From an uncultured Spirochaetota bacterium (GTDB lineage Bacteria; Spirochaetota; Spirochaetia; SZUA-6; Fen-1364), in assembly GCA_963845535.1 (NCBI GenBank), contig CAWJSK010000014.1, positions 96,001-160,000 on the forward strand: a DNA stretch of 64,000 bases. The letters run 5' to 3'. The stretch's first letter is position 1. Each line of letters starts with the position of its first letter. Position numbers and translations under genes: made by a program. The notes below the pieces were generated by a model. It was not told where the DNA came from. It worked only from the letters and a program-made list of their open reading frames with translations, and searched no databases. This document shows, piece by piece, positions 8,445 to 19,030 of this stretch.

Positions 8445-11138
8445 CTATTCCACCCGCGCCCGCTCGATGTCAAGGGCAACGGTGGACAGGAGCTCCTCGT
8501 TGCTCATTTCCGTGAGAAGCGTTTCCCCGCCTCCCTCCAGCAGGTCGCGCGCAAGCGAAGTCTTTTCCTGGATGAGGGCATCGATCTTCTCCTCCACCGT
8601 GCCTCTGCAGACGAAGGTGTGCACCAGGACATTCTTCTTCTGGCCAATGCGGAATGCCCTGTCCGTCGCCTGGTTCTCCACCGCGGGGTTCCACCAACGG
8701 TCGAAGTGGATGACATGGGAGGCCGCCGTCAGGTTCAGCCCCGTTCCTCCCGCTTTCAGGGACAGCACGAAGAACGGCGGGCCGTCTTCCGCCTGGAACG
8801 CATCCACGAGCTTCTGCCGCTCCCTGACCGGTGTCTGGCCGTGGAGCACGAGTCCCGAGCGTCCGAACAGCGCCGCCAGGTGCGCGGCAAGAGGCTCGGT
8901 CATCTCGCGAAACTGCGTGAAGACAAGGACGCGGTCCTGGCGGGAGGCAATCTCTTCCGCGATCTCCGCAACGCGCTGGAACTTGCCGCTTTCCTCCGCG
9001 GCCCAGCGGCCGTCCCCGCGAAGCTGCGAGGGGTGGTTGCACACCTGCTTCAGCTTCAGGAGCGCCGCAAGGATGAGGCCGCGCCTCTTCATGCCTTCCT
9101 GGGCCTGAAGGTCTTCCGCCAGATCATCCACGATGCTCTTGTACAACACGGCCTGCGCCTTGGTGAGTCCGCAATACGCCGGCACCACCGTCTTGTCCGG
9201 AAGGTCGGAGATGACGCTCTTGTCCGTCTTCAGCCGCCTCAGGATGTACGGACGAACGAGGTTGCGAAGCGGCGCAAATCGCTCTCCGCCCGCTTTCTCC
9301 AGGGCCTTTGCGAACGACGTGAACCGTGAGAGCGAGCCCAGGAGCCCCGGGCAGAGGAAATCGAAGATCGACCAGAGGTCGGAGAGGCGGTTCTCCACGG
9401 GGGTCCCCGTCAACGCAATCCTGGCTCGGGCGCGCAGGCGTTTCACGGCTTTTGTCTGGCGCGCGGCAGGGTTCTTTATGGCTTGCGCCTCATCCAGTAC
9501 CACAAGCGTCCAGTGCGTCTCAAGCAGGGCGGGAAATCGCAGGAGCATTCCGTAAGACGTCAGCACCAGGTCGAGCTCCGGCAATCGCTGCTCAAGCTCC
9601 TCAGGGCTGGGCATCTTTTGGAAGGATGGATGGAGGTACAGGGCGCAGAGAGAAGGTGCAAACTTTTCCAACTCGGCCTTCCAATTTGCCAGAAGGGACG
9701 CCGGCAGCACAAGGAGGGATGGCCCCGCTTTTTCCCTGCGGAGCATCAGGAGCAGGGCGAGCACCTGCATCGTTTTCCCCAACCCCATGTCGTCCGCAAG
9801 GCATGCGCCGAGCCCGAGGCCGGTGAGGAGGCGAAGCCAGCCGACCCCTGCCTCCTGGTAGCTTCGGAGCGTGGCGCGCAGGTCCTTTCGAGCCACGGGA
9901 GCAAGCGCAGGCTCGGGGGACCTGAGCTTCACGAGTATGTCATTCAACCACGTCCCGGCCTCGACGAAGGACCACGCTGCCACGTCCTCTTTCTGCCCGG
10001 CGTCCAGGTCTGCCGGAGCACCCGCAAGCAGCCTCATCCCCTCCGCGAAAGAGATGCCGTTCGCGGCTTCCTCCTGCACGCGCTCCCAGTGCTCGAGTGC
10101 TTCGGTGAGCTTTTCCTTGTCCACCTCCACCCACTGGCCCTTGAGAAAGACAAGACCCTCGCTTCCCGCAAGCAGCTTCCTTGCTTCCGTTTCGGTGAGC
10201 GCGGCGTCTCCAACCACCAACTCCACCTGGAAGTCCAGAAGGGAATCCGCGCCAAGCAGGGATTTCTCCTGGGACCCGATCTTCACCGCGACCTGGGGCC
10301 GGCTTCGCCGCGACCACCAGTTCGGCACACGGACGAGCACTCCGCTCTCTTCGAAAAGCGGCGTGTCACGAAGAAAGCGGTAAGCTGTGTCAGGCGTCCA
10401 TGCGAGGGCATGGTAAATATCACCGGAGTCGACGAACTCCCGGATGAGCGGGCTCTTTTCCGAAGCGCGCTGGACGGGCGTGAGCAGGTGTATCAGCGCT
10501 TTGCGGTTGCGCTCACCGGCAAACTCCTGCAACGCGCGGCCCAGGGGCTGATAGCGGATGCGGACGGGGTCCGTGAGCCGTGGCGCGTAGGTTGCCAGAA
10601 AGGCGAAAGGATAGGACGGGTCCTTCTTGTTCTCAGCCAGGTGAAAGCAGACACGACCCACCTGCCGCCACAGCGGCGCTTTTGCCGTGAGGAACTTTTC
10701 AAGACTGCCGGCTGCCTCCGCCTGGCGGCGCACCCAGGCGTCCAAGGCGCTCCAGAGATCTGCCAGGCTTTGCACGGTCAGATATTCCGCCCCCGGCATG
10801 GGAGGCGCCGAAAGCAGGAGCGCCGTCATGTCATCCGGCGCCGGCTGGGGGACCGGGTCCAGGAACGCCGTCTCGGCCGGCGTGTGACAGATTTCCGCCA
10901 GATAGCGCGCGGCGAAGCCCTTCCAGTACGCGAACTGAACCGGAAGGCCTCCGCTCACCGGACGGGCTGCAAGCTCGAAGAGCCCTTCCGCCCTGCCTGC
11001 GCGAAAAGCCTCCAGTATCCGACGAAGGGCGGGGCCCTGCTGCCGCGTGGCCTCCGGCTCTACGGCGATGACGAGATGGCCCGCAGGGGTAATGCGGAGG
11101 AGATCAGGGAAAGCGAGAGTCTCAGCCACGTTTACCAT
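8445..11138 (-). CDS. SNF2-family (Swi2/Snf2) helicase/ATPase
   Basis: LADDMGLGKT, LDEAQ, LTGTPVEN, LRRLK, WWNPAVENQATDRAFRIGQ. Confidence 0.95.
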   Translation of the reverse strand: MVNVAETLAFPDLLRITPAGHLVIAVEPEATRQQGPALRRILEAFRAGRAEGLFELAARPVSGGLPVQFAYWKGFAARYLAEICHTPAETAFLDPVPQPAPDDMTALLLSAPPMPGAEYLTVQSLADLWSALDAWVRRQAEAAGSLEKFLTAKAPLWRQVGRVCFHLAENKKDPSYPFAFLATYAPRLTDPVRIRYQPLGRALQEFAGERNRKALIHLLTPVQRASEKSPLIREFVDSGDIYHALAWTPDTAYRFLRDTPLFEESGVLVRVPNWWSRRSRPQVAVKIGSQEKSLLGADSLLDFQVELVVGDAALTETEARKLLAGSEGLVFLKGQWVEVDKEKLTEALEHWERVQEEAANGISFAEGMRLLAGAPADLDAGQKEDVAAWSFVEAGTWLNDILVKLRSPEPALAPVARKDLRATLRSYQEAGVGWLRLLTGLGLGACLADDMGLGKTMQVLALLLMLRREKAGPSLLVLPASLLANWKAELEKFAPSLCALYLHPSFQKMPSPEELEQRLPELDLVLTSYGMLLRFPALLETHWTLVVLDEAQAIKNPAARQTKAVKRLRARARIALTGTPVENRLSDLWSIFDFLCPGLLGSLSRFTSFAKALEKAGGERFAPLRNLVRPYILRRLKTDKSVISDLPDKTVVPAYCGLTKAQAVLYKSIVDDLAEDLQAQEGMKRRGLILAALLKLKQVCNHPSQLRGDGRWAAEESGKFQRVAEIAEEIASRQDRVLVFTQFREMTEPLAAHLAALFGRSGLVLHGQTPVRERQKLVDAFQAEDGPPFFVLSLKAGGTGLNLTAASHVIHFDRWWNPAVENQATDRAFRIGQKKNVLVHTFVCRGTVEEKIDALIQEKTSLARDLLEGGGETLLTEMSNEELLSTVALDIERARVE

Positions 11139-11557
11139 CCTCCCGGCAAGCCAGCGCTCAAGTCAATGGAAAGGCGATGCTCCTGAATGAGGGCATGCGC
11201 CTTCGAATCGAAAGTCAGCCAGCGTGCGCCCAGCTCTTCGGCGAGCGCCACGTACACAGCGTCATATCCGCTCAATCCTGCCTGGGCAAAACGCGCTGCG
11301 CGCGTAGCAAGGGTTTCGGTCATGGGATAGCGAAGAAGACCGGACGTCAGCATGGGGAGAACGCCTTCCAGGAAAGTCTGCAAAGGCCTCTGATGGACTC
11401 GAAAGAGGGTGGAGAATGTCTCATAGGCAAACAACTCGGGGACCGCAAAAAGCTCCGGCTCTTCAACGAGCCTGTGACGGACGGCGTCCGCGTTTTCATG
11501 CCTCTCCTCCTCAAGATACCAGCGAAGGGCCACCGAGGCATCGATGACGAACCTCAC
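11132..11557 (-). CDS. vapC: PIN-domain VapC-type toxin
   Basis: GTG 11557: VRFVIDASVALRW...E...SGYDAVYVALAEELGARWLTFD; GTGA overlap with the antitoxin stop. Confidence 0.88.
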   Translation of the reverse strand: MRFVIDASVALRWYLEEERHENADAVRHRLVEEPELFAVPELFAYETFSTLFRVHQRPLQTFLEGVLPMLTSGLLRYPMTETLATRAARFAQAGLSGYDAVYVALAEELGARWLTFDSKAHALIQEHRLSIDLSAGLPGGW

Positions 11558-11826
11558 GGACGATAACCCCTGAGCTCGCGCAAGGCCTCCAGGCTTGTGA
11601 CGCCGCCCAATCTTGGGCTTCGCAGAGTTTCGAGCTTCTGCAGCCATTTCTCTTTCTCTTCTTCAGCCTGCTTGTCGAGAAAGCGCCTTTGGAAGTCTTC
11701 AATACTGACGATGGCGGCCTGGACCCTCCTTCCTTTGCTCACGAGGACGGGCTCTTTGGTCTCATCAAGTTCCTGAAGGATTTTCCCAAGGTTGTTTCGC
11801 AGCTTCAGCGCGTTTACGGTTTTCAT
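11554..11826 (-). CDS. Phd/YefM family antitoxin
   Basis: MKTVNALKLRNNLGKILQEL...EPVLVSKGRRVQAAIVSIEDF. Confidence 0.88.
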   Translation of the reverse strand: MKTVNALKLRNNLGKILQELDETKEPVLVSKGRRVQAAIVSIEDFQRRFLDKQAEEEKEKWLQKLETLRSPRLGGVTSLEALRELRGYRP

Positions 11827-11841
11827 CTCTGCCTCTGAAAA

Positions 11842-11885
11842 ACATTACAGCCTGGAGCTATACACGTCAAGTGTTGACGTGTGTA
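11842..11885 (-). promoter_or_regulatory. TA operon promoter with palindromic operator
   Basis: ACACGTCAA-GTG-TTGACGTGT perfect IR (11862-11882); minus-strand TTGACG (11870-11865), 17 bp, TAATGT (11847-11842). Confidence 0.55.
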
Positions 11886-12006
11886 TGCACATGCCGAACC
11901 AAGAGGCTTCCGATTGAATAGCCCTCGACCCTATAGAAAACGTCGAAAGTGGAAAATTGTTTGCCACGCTTGCCGCAGGCGCCTCGAACCGTTATCCTTC
12001 CGCCGT

Positions 12007-13354
12007 GTGATCCAGGCTCCCGATGATCCCATTGCCGCCCTTGCAACCCCGCTTGTTTCAAGCGCCCTTGCAGTCATTCGCGTCTCAGGAGAAGGCTCGC
12101 TCCGTCTGTTGTCGCAGCTCGTGAAAGGCGGCCAGCCCGCGCAGGAAAGACCGGGCAACAGCATCAATCGCTGCATCATCAGGGACGGCGACGAAGACGT
12201 GGATGAAGTCATGCTGGCCGTCTATCGCGCGCCCCGAAGCTACACCGGTGAAGACAGCGCCGAAATCATCTCCCATGGCAGCATTCCCGTCATCCAGCGG
12301 CTCCTTTCCGTCCTGACCCGCGGCGGCTTCCGTCCCGCAGGGCCCGGGGAGTTCACGCAGCGAGCGTTCCTGAACGGGCGGATGGACCTTACGCGGGCGG
12401 AGGCGGTGAACGAGATCGTGCGGGCCCGAACGGACAAGGCACGCGCCCTTGCGCTGCAGCGCCTGAACGGCGCCATCGAGACCAGGATCAAGGCTGCTCG
12501 TGACGGCCTGGTGCAGCTTCGCGCGGGTCTTGAGGCCGCCATCGACTATCCTGATGACGTACATGAAACGGACAGCATGAGCGGGAGCACGCTCGACCAG
12601 GTGATCGCCCTTCTTTTGGGATTGACGCACACATACCGCCAGGGCCGTATCTACCAGGAGGGGGTGACCGTTGCCATCGCCGGGGCCACGAACTCCGGCA
12701 AGTCGAGCCTCTTCAACGCAATGCTTCGCCAGGAACGCGCCATTGTCTCGGAGGTGCACGGCACCACAAGGGACTGGCTGGAGGGCTCAGTCAGCCTGGA
12801 AGGCATTCCCGTGCGTCTCTTTGACACCGCGGGGTTGAGGGACACCGCTGATCCGCTGGAAGCCGAAGGGATGACGAAGGACGGAACAAGTCCTTTCGGG
12901 CGCAGACGTTGTGATCTACCTCGTGGATTCCACGCGAGGGATGGACGGGATGGACGATGCCCTCCTGGCGCGCCACACTGGTGTCCCGGTAATCCGCGTC
13001 TGGAACAAGGTCGACCTTCCCGGCCAACCCGTTCCGCGGGGCTTCTTTCCCCTCAGCGCAACCACCGGTGAGGGGCTGGAACGGCTCGAAGCGGAGGTTG
13101 CGGCCGCCGCCCTGGGCGGCACGCCGGCGGATTCCGGTGAGCCGCTGATAGATTCGGTACGGCAGCGTGACCTGATCATCCGGGCGCTGGCGGCGCTGGA
13201 TCGGCTGCGTGACGCTCGAGCCCAGGGCGTGTCGGCTGACCTTCTTGCCGTGGACCTCGCGGACGCCATGGATGCGCTGGGGGAGATCACGGGGGAGGTC
13301 ACAACGGCTGAGATCCTGGAGCGGATGTTCGCGAGCTTCTGCGTCGGGAAGTAG
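12007..13354 (+). CDS. mnmE: tRNA modification GTPase MnmE (apparent frameshift near 12875)
   Basis: IAALATP, SYTGED, GEFTQRAFLNGRMDL, GATNSGKSS, GTTRD, DTAG, NKVD, FCVGK across two frames. Confidence 0.93.
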
Positions 13355-13356
13355 GA

Positions 13357-15250
13357 GTGCAAGCCATGGTGGGTCGCGGGCACGCGGACTCCGACTTCGA
13401 CGCCATCGTCATTGGCGGCGGGCACGCCGGGATCGAAGCGTCCCTTGCGGTTGCCCGTCTCGGTTTCTCCACCCTTCTCATAACTCAGAGCCTCGACGTC
13501 ATTGGCAGGATGTCGTGCAACCCGGCCATCGGCGGAATTGCCAAGGGGAACCTCGTGCGCGAGGTGGATGCGCTGGGCGGCCAGATGGCAAAGCTGATCG
13601 ACGCCACCATGATCCAGTTCCGCATGCTGAACGCAAGCCGTGGCCCCGCCGTGCAGGCTCCTCGCGCGCAGGCGGACAAGCACGCGTATGCGGCTCTCGC
13701 AAAGCTCACCCTCGAGCGGGAGAAGAACCTCACTCTCTTTCAGGACACAGTGGTGGACCTCCTGACGGACTCGAACGCCACGGCCATTCGGGGCGTCATT
13801 ACGGAGCGTGGGCGGAAGATCCTCGCTCCCGCCGTGGTCCTTACGACGGGCACTTTCATGGAAGGGAAGCTCTTCATCGGGGAGTGGACCGCTTCCGGGG
13901 GACGGCTCGGTGAGCCTGCCGCAATCGGCCTGGGCACCAGCCTTCGCCGCATGGGATTTGCCGTCGGCAGGCTGAAGACCGGGACCCCCGCGAGGGCCCT
14001 TCGAAGCTCGCTCCTCCCCGAGAGGATGGAGCTTCAGGAGCCTGATCCGGTGGCCCAACCGTTCAGCTTCTCCCATGACAGGGTCGAGAGGCCTTCCGTC
14101 CCGTGCTTCATAACCTACACCACCGCGGAGACGCACCGCATCATCCGAGAGAACATGAGCCGGTCCCCTCTCTATGGAGGAAAGATCGTCGGCAAGGGCC
14201 CGCGGTACTGCCCGTCAATCGAGGACAAAGTGGTGCGCTTCCCGGCCAGGGAGAGGCACCAGGTCTTTGTGGAGCCGGAAGGGCTCGGCACGGAAGAGGT
14301 GTACCTCAACGGCGTCTCCTCGTCCCTGCCGGAGGACGTCCAGGAGAAGTTCCTCCATAGCATCCCCGGCCTTGAGAAACTGGTGATCTCACGGCCCGGC
14401 TATGCGGTGGAGTATGACTTCCTCTTCCCGACGCAACTTTTCCCCAGCCTGATGACGAAGAAGCTTGAAGGGCTGTTCGTGGCCGGCCAGACAAACGGCA
14501 CCTCCGGTTACGAGGAAGCGGCCGCGCAGGGGATCATTGCCGGCATCAACGCGGCGCTCCATCTCCAGGGGAAAGAGCCGCTTGTTCTTTCCCGGGCGGA
14601 CGCATACATCGGCGTCCTTGTCGATGACCTCGTGACTCTCGGCACTGAGGAGCCGTACCGCCTCTTCACATCACGCGCCGAGCATCGGCTGTCCCTGATG
14701 CACGACACCGCGGACATCCGTCTCCTTCCCAAAGGGAAAAGCTGTGGGGCTTCAGGACGAAGCGGCCGCGGAGAGGCTCGACCGCAAGATCCGCGGCATC
14801 GCGGAGGCGCGCGAGCTTCTGCGCAGGCGCAAGGTGACGGCGGAAGACGTTCTCCGCACGCCCGAGCTGGAGACGCACAAGGGAAGGACCTTCGACCAGG
14901 CTCTCCGTGACCCTCGTGTAACGATCCTCGCGCTGGCGGCCCTTGATGCAGGGTTGGGGGCGGCTGAAAGCTCCTGGCTTTCGCTTGCGGAAGCCGGGGT
15001 CAAGTATGAGGGATACATCACGCGGCAGGAGGAGCAGGTTGGCCGATTCCTGCGCATGGAGGAGAAGGCGATTCCCCGGGATTTCGACTGGGACGCGCTG
15101 GCCGGCGTTTCCTCGGAGGCAAGGGAAAAGCTCAAGCTCATCAGACCCATCTCCGTTGGCCAGGCTTCCCGCATTTCGGGCGTGCGGCCGCCTGACATCG
15201 CCATCCTCATGGTCTCCTTGAAGCGCGAAACGCGCCAGGCCCGGCCGTGA
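13357..15250 (+). CDS. mnmG: tRNA uridine-5-carboxymethylaminomethyl synthesis enzyme MnmG (apparent frameshift near 14740)
   Basis: [39 protein letters not shown]-terminal KYEGY...QASRISGV in second frame. Confidence 0.95.
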
Positions 15251-15913
15251 GCGCGCTCCGTGACGGGCTTCGCCAACTCGAGGTCCCTGAGCCGGAGACC
15301 GCCGAAGGCTTGCTGAACAAATTCCTGGATGAGCTGGAGCGATGGAACCCCCGGTTCGGGTTCGTGAAAGCAGCCAACCGCCAGGAGCTCATCGTCAAAC
15401 ACGTGCTTGATTCCCTCTCCGCATGGCGCCCCGTCAAGGGCGAGCTGAGGGGAGGAGGCCGTGCTGGACGTAGGGTCAGGGGCGGGCTTCCCGGGCATCC
15501 CGCTTGCAATCGCGCTGCCCGATGTCCCTGTGACGCTGCTGGAGCGTTCGGCAAAGAAGGTGTCCTTTCTTCGCACGTGCAAGGCGCTCCTCGGGCTGTC
15601 TTCCGTCCAAGTCATCCTGGGGGACCTCGAACAAGCGGCCGCCGCCGCCACGCGGCCGTTCGACGTCGTGACGTTCCGCGCCGTGGCTCCGGTGTCGAGG
15701 CTTCTCGATGACTTTCGGCAGCGCGGCCTCAGGTTTCGGGCAATCATCGCCTATAAAGGAAGAGTTGAGCGATCCAACGCGGAGATCGACGACGTTCGAC
15801 GGTCGACGGGAGACCTCTTTCAGGCCAGTGTCGTTCCCGTGACAGTGCCCTTTCTCGAAGAAGAGCGTTGTCTTGTCATCCTGCGAGCCTCATCCGGCGA
15901 TGATCGTTATTGA
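15247..15913 (+). CDS. rsmG: 16S rRNA m7G527 methyltransferase RsmG (apparent frameshift near 15455)
   Basis: WN...HVLDS, then [16 protein letters not shown] and FRAV; directly after mnmG. Confidence 0.9.
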
Positions 15914-15963
15914 CAAACCGGTGTACGCAACATAGACTCTCGGGTGGAGGAGACCCTGCGCAC

Positions 15964-16912
15964 GTGAGCGACTCGACCATCGGCATCAAGATAGCTGACG
16001 GTTCCTACTACCCCGTTCTGGAGAAAGGCTTCACCGGCAGGAAGAAACTCACCGTCACCACCGTCAAGGACAACCAGGAAAAAGTCCAGATCGACCTCTA
16101 CCGTGGAAACGGCGGGGGCATCGAACAGCCAAGCTACATCGGAAGCCTCATCGTTGAGAACATCCCTCCCGCTCCCCAGGGTGAACCGGAGATTGAGCTT
16201 TTCCTTGGCATCAACCCTGACGGTGAGCTGTCCGCTGAGGCAAGTGACAGGCGCACCGGTGAATCCCAGAAGTTCTCCACCACCCTGACCAGGCTGATGG
16301 AGAGTGAGCTTTCGGAAGCTCCCGAGTTCGAAATCGAAGAGGAAGACAAGACCGTCGCCGCCTCCGCCTATGAGGAGGCTCCCATCACCGGTGAAAGCTA
16401 CAAGGTGGGAGAATCGGACAGCAGGCGGGAGATTCTGGAGCGTGAGAAGCGAGGGCCGAACCTCCTGCTCCTCATCCTTTTTGTGCTCCTCGGCGTCATC
16501 CTCGTTGCCGCCATAGCGTACTTCATCTACAAGAGCGTTCATGGCCCCGAGACGCCGCCTCTTTCAGCCCGGGGAAGCGCTCCCACCGCGGCAGTCGCGC
16601 CCCCTCAGCCCGTGGCGCCCGCGCAGCCGTCCTCGGCTGCTCAGCCCGCCCCGACCCAGCCGGTGCAACCGGGCGTCCAGACGCAGCAGGGCAGCGGCGG
16701 ACAGGCATCGGTCAAGACTTCTACGGGAGAAGCCGCCGTGGTCGCCAAAGGGCGGCGTCACGTACAGGATCAAGAGGGGTGACACCCTCTGGGACATTTC
16801 CGCCACCTACTATCGGAACCCCTGGCTTTACCACAAGCTGGCCAGGGCAAACTCCATCAGAAACCCGGACCTGATTTTTGCGGGATCGCGGCTTTATATT
16901 CCTGAGAATTAG
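15964..16912 (+). CDS. Membrane protein: DnaK substrate-binding-like domain, TM helix, Pro/Ala/Gln linker and LysM (apparent frameshift near 16745)
   Basis: TIGIK...TTVKDNQEKVQIDLYRG...IPPAPQGEPEIEL; TM LLLLILFVLLGVILVAAIAYFIY; YRIKRGDTLWDIS...NPDLIFAG. Confidence 0.8.
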
Positions 16913-19025
16913 GATCCTCGTCGCTCTCCTCGCCGTCCTTTGCACAACCGTGGGGTGCGGTCCCCGCAAGGTGTGGGGTTACCCCGCGGACGTGCTCGCG
17001 CTTCGGCTTTCCACCGCGCGCTACGCCATCCTGGCAAGCGTTGACTTCTCCACCCAGGACCCTTCCCAGGCCCTTTCCCTTTCTCCGGGCGCGCCATACT
17101 ACCTGTCGTTTGTCTTCGACTCACTCGACATGCCGGACCAGGCTCTGCGAATGCTCGAGCTGGCGTGGGCGCGAAGCCCCGACCCGTGGAAACGGGAAGC
17201 CGGGGTGCTCCTGGGCCAACGCTACAACGCCCGCAAGAGCTGGCCGCAGGCAATTCAGGTGGCCAGACGAATCCTCTCCACGCAACAGCCCCCTGACGTG
17301 GAGCAGCGCGCGCGCCGCGTGCTCGTGGAGGCGCTGTATTGGACGCAGCAGGATCAGCAGGCGCTGCAGCAGGCGGACCTCCTCACGAACCCTGACGCGG
17401 AAATGCTCCTGTTCCGCGGCGTGAGCTCGTTGCGCCTGGGTCTCCCGGCCGGGCATGACCTGATCATGCGGCTCTTCCTCCGGGAGCGCGTGTCAGGGCT
17501 CCATGCGCGGTTCTTCACGTTCCTCACCGGCGCGCCCCAGTACGCGGAGGGCTTCACGGACCTGGAAAAAAATCTCATCGCGGCAAAGAACGACCTGTTC
17601 CTCGGCGACTGGGAGACGGGAATCCCGCTTCTGGAAAGCGTGCTCTCCGGCCTTGACCCTGCCCTGTCATCCTCCAGCTCGCTCGTGGCTGACCTTGCCA
17701 GCGCGTACCTGTCCTCGGGCAGGCAGGCGGCGGGAGCCCGGTTCCTCGTGAGAGTCTCGGCGCGGCTCACGGGCCGGGCCCGGGCGGATGCGCTGGAGCA
17801 GGCGGGAAAGATCTATCGGCGGATGAGGGCGTATCCGGACGCGTTTGCGACGCTGCGCACGGCTCTTGCAGCTTCAACGGACGCGGACCAGCGGGACAGG
17901 GAGCGCTGGTACATCGTGGACATGATGATCAACGGAAAGTCGCCCGACGTGCTTGCGCTGGTGGACAGGGAGATATCGTCCTCCAGCGACCCTGGCGTTT
18001 TTTCCGATCTTCTTGACGACTGGATCTCGGACCTCGTAGGGGGCAGGAAATGGAAGTCCCTGCTCGGCCTGTGGGGGGTGGTCCAGGTCCATGGGCCGCA
18101 GGACGTGCAGGCACGCCTTGCGTACATCCTGGGAAGAGCGGGGGAGGAAGGGCTCGTCGCGGCGAACGCGCTGCCGGCGGCCCCTCGTGACCTGCTTCGA
18201 AAAGCCGCAACGCTGGACGCCGACGGCTATTACGGGCTGATGGCTTCCTCCCTCCTTGGCGAGGTGCCTGGGCAGGTGAAGCCCGGCGTCGCGGACGCCG
18301 CCTCGGAGAACGCGCCCGCGCTTGACCCTTTCATCACGGGCTTCCTCCCGTTCGGCCTTTTCTCCCAGGCCTACCAGAAGCTGGCGGAAACCCGAAAGAG
18401 CCTCAGTGACGCCGCGCTGCGCGAAGCGGCGCGCCTCATGGCGCAGGCGGGTGACTATGCGAGCTCAATGCATCTCATGGGCATGCTGGCGCGGCGCCGC
18501 TCCCTGACTCTCGATGAGCTTGAGATGGAATATCCCCGGGCCTTCAGCTCCGTGATAGATGATCTTTCCGTGACGAGCGGGGTCAGGGAGTCCATTTTGT
18601 ACGGGCTCGTGCGGGAAGAGAGCTATTTCGACCCGGATATCGTCTCCAGCGTCGGCGCCGTGGGGCTCAGCCAGCTCATGCCGGCCACGGCGGAGGCGGT
18701 TGCGCGCCGGCTCCACATTGCGGAGCCTGACCTCCGCGACCCCTCGGTCAATCTTGACATCGGCGTGCGCCATTTCCAGGAGCTGCTGAAGAGCGTAAAC
18801 AGCGTTCCCAAGGCGCTGCTCTCCTACAACGCCGGGCTGACAAGAGTGAGAGTCTGGGAGAGAGCGGCGGGGAAGCTCCCGGACGACTTGTTCGTGGAAA
18901 CCGTGCCCTTCGAGGAGACGAGGAAATACGTGCGCAAGATACTCGTCTCCTCGGTGATGTATGCGTCACTCTACGGGAACGAGGACCCGCGGGACACGGC
19001 GCTTTCATTTTTCGGGCTGAAATAG
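16878..19025 (+). CDS. Soluble lytic transglycosylase (SLT) lipoprotein with helical repeats
   Basis: Lipobox-like TVGC; VREES (catalytic Glu), AVGLSQLM, SYNAG, ETRKYV. Confidence 0.9.
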   Translation: MRDRGFIFLRIRILVALLAVLCTTVGCGPRKVWGYPADVLALRLSTARYAILASVDFSTQDPSQALSLSPGAPYYLSFVFDSLDMPDQALRMLELAWARSPDPWKREAGVLLGQRYNARKSWPQAIQVARRILSTQQPPDVEQRARRVLVEALYWTQQDQQALQQADLLTNPDAEMLLFRGVSSLRLGLPAGHDLIMRLFLRERVSGLHARFFTFLTGAPQYAEGFTDLEKNLIAAKNDLFLGDWETGIPLLESVLSGLDPALSSSSSLVADLASAYLSSGRQAAGARFLVRVSARLTGRARADALEQAGKIYRRMRAYPDAFATLRTALAASTDADQRDRERWYIVDMMINGKSPDVLALVDREISSSSDPGVFSDLLDDWISDLVGGRKWKSLLGLWGVVQVHGPQDVQARLAYILGRAGEEGLVAANALPAAPRDLLRKAATLDADGYYGLMASSLLGEVPGQVKPGVADAASENAPALDPFITGFLPFGLFSQAYQKLAETRKSLSDAALREAARLMAQAGDYASSMHLMGMLARRRSLTLDELEMEYPRAFSSVIDDLSVTSGVRESILYGLVREESYFDPDIVSSVGAVGLSQLMPATAEAVARRLHIAEPDLRDPSVNLDIGVRHFQELLKSVNSVPKALLSYNAGLTRVRVWERAAGKLPDDLFVETVPFEETRKYVRKILVSSVMYASLYGNEDPRDTALSFFGLK

Positions 19026-19030
19026 CGGCG

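Noticed and set aside
11827..15913. Replication origin near mnmE-mnmG-rsmG
   Set aside because: No TTATCCACA cluster, AT-rich unwinding element, dnaA or parAB seen
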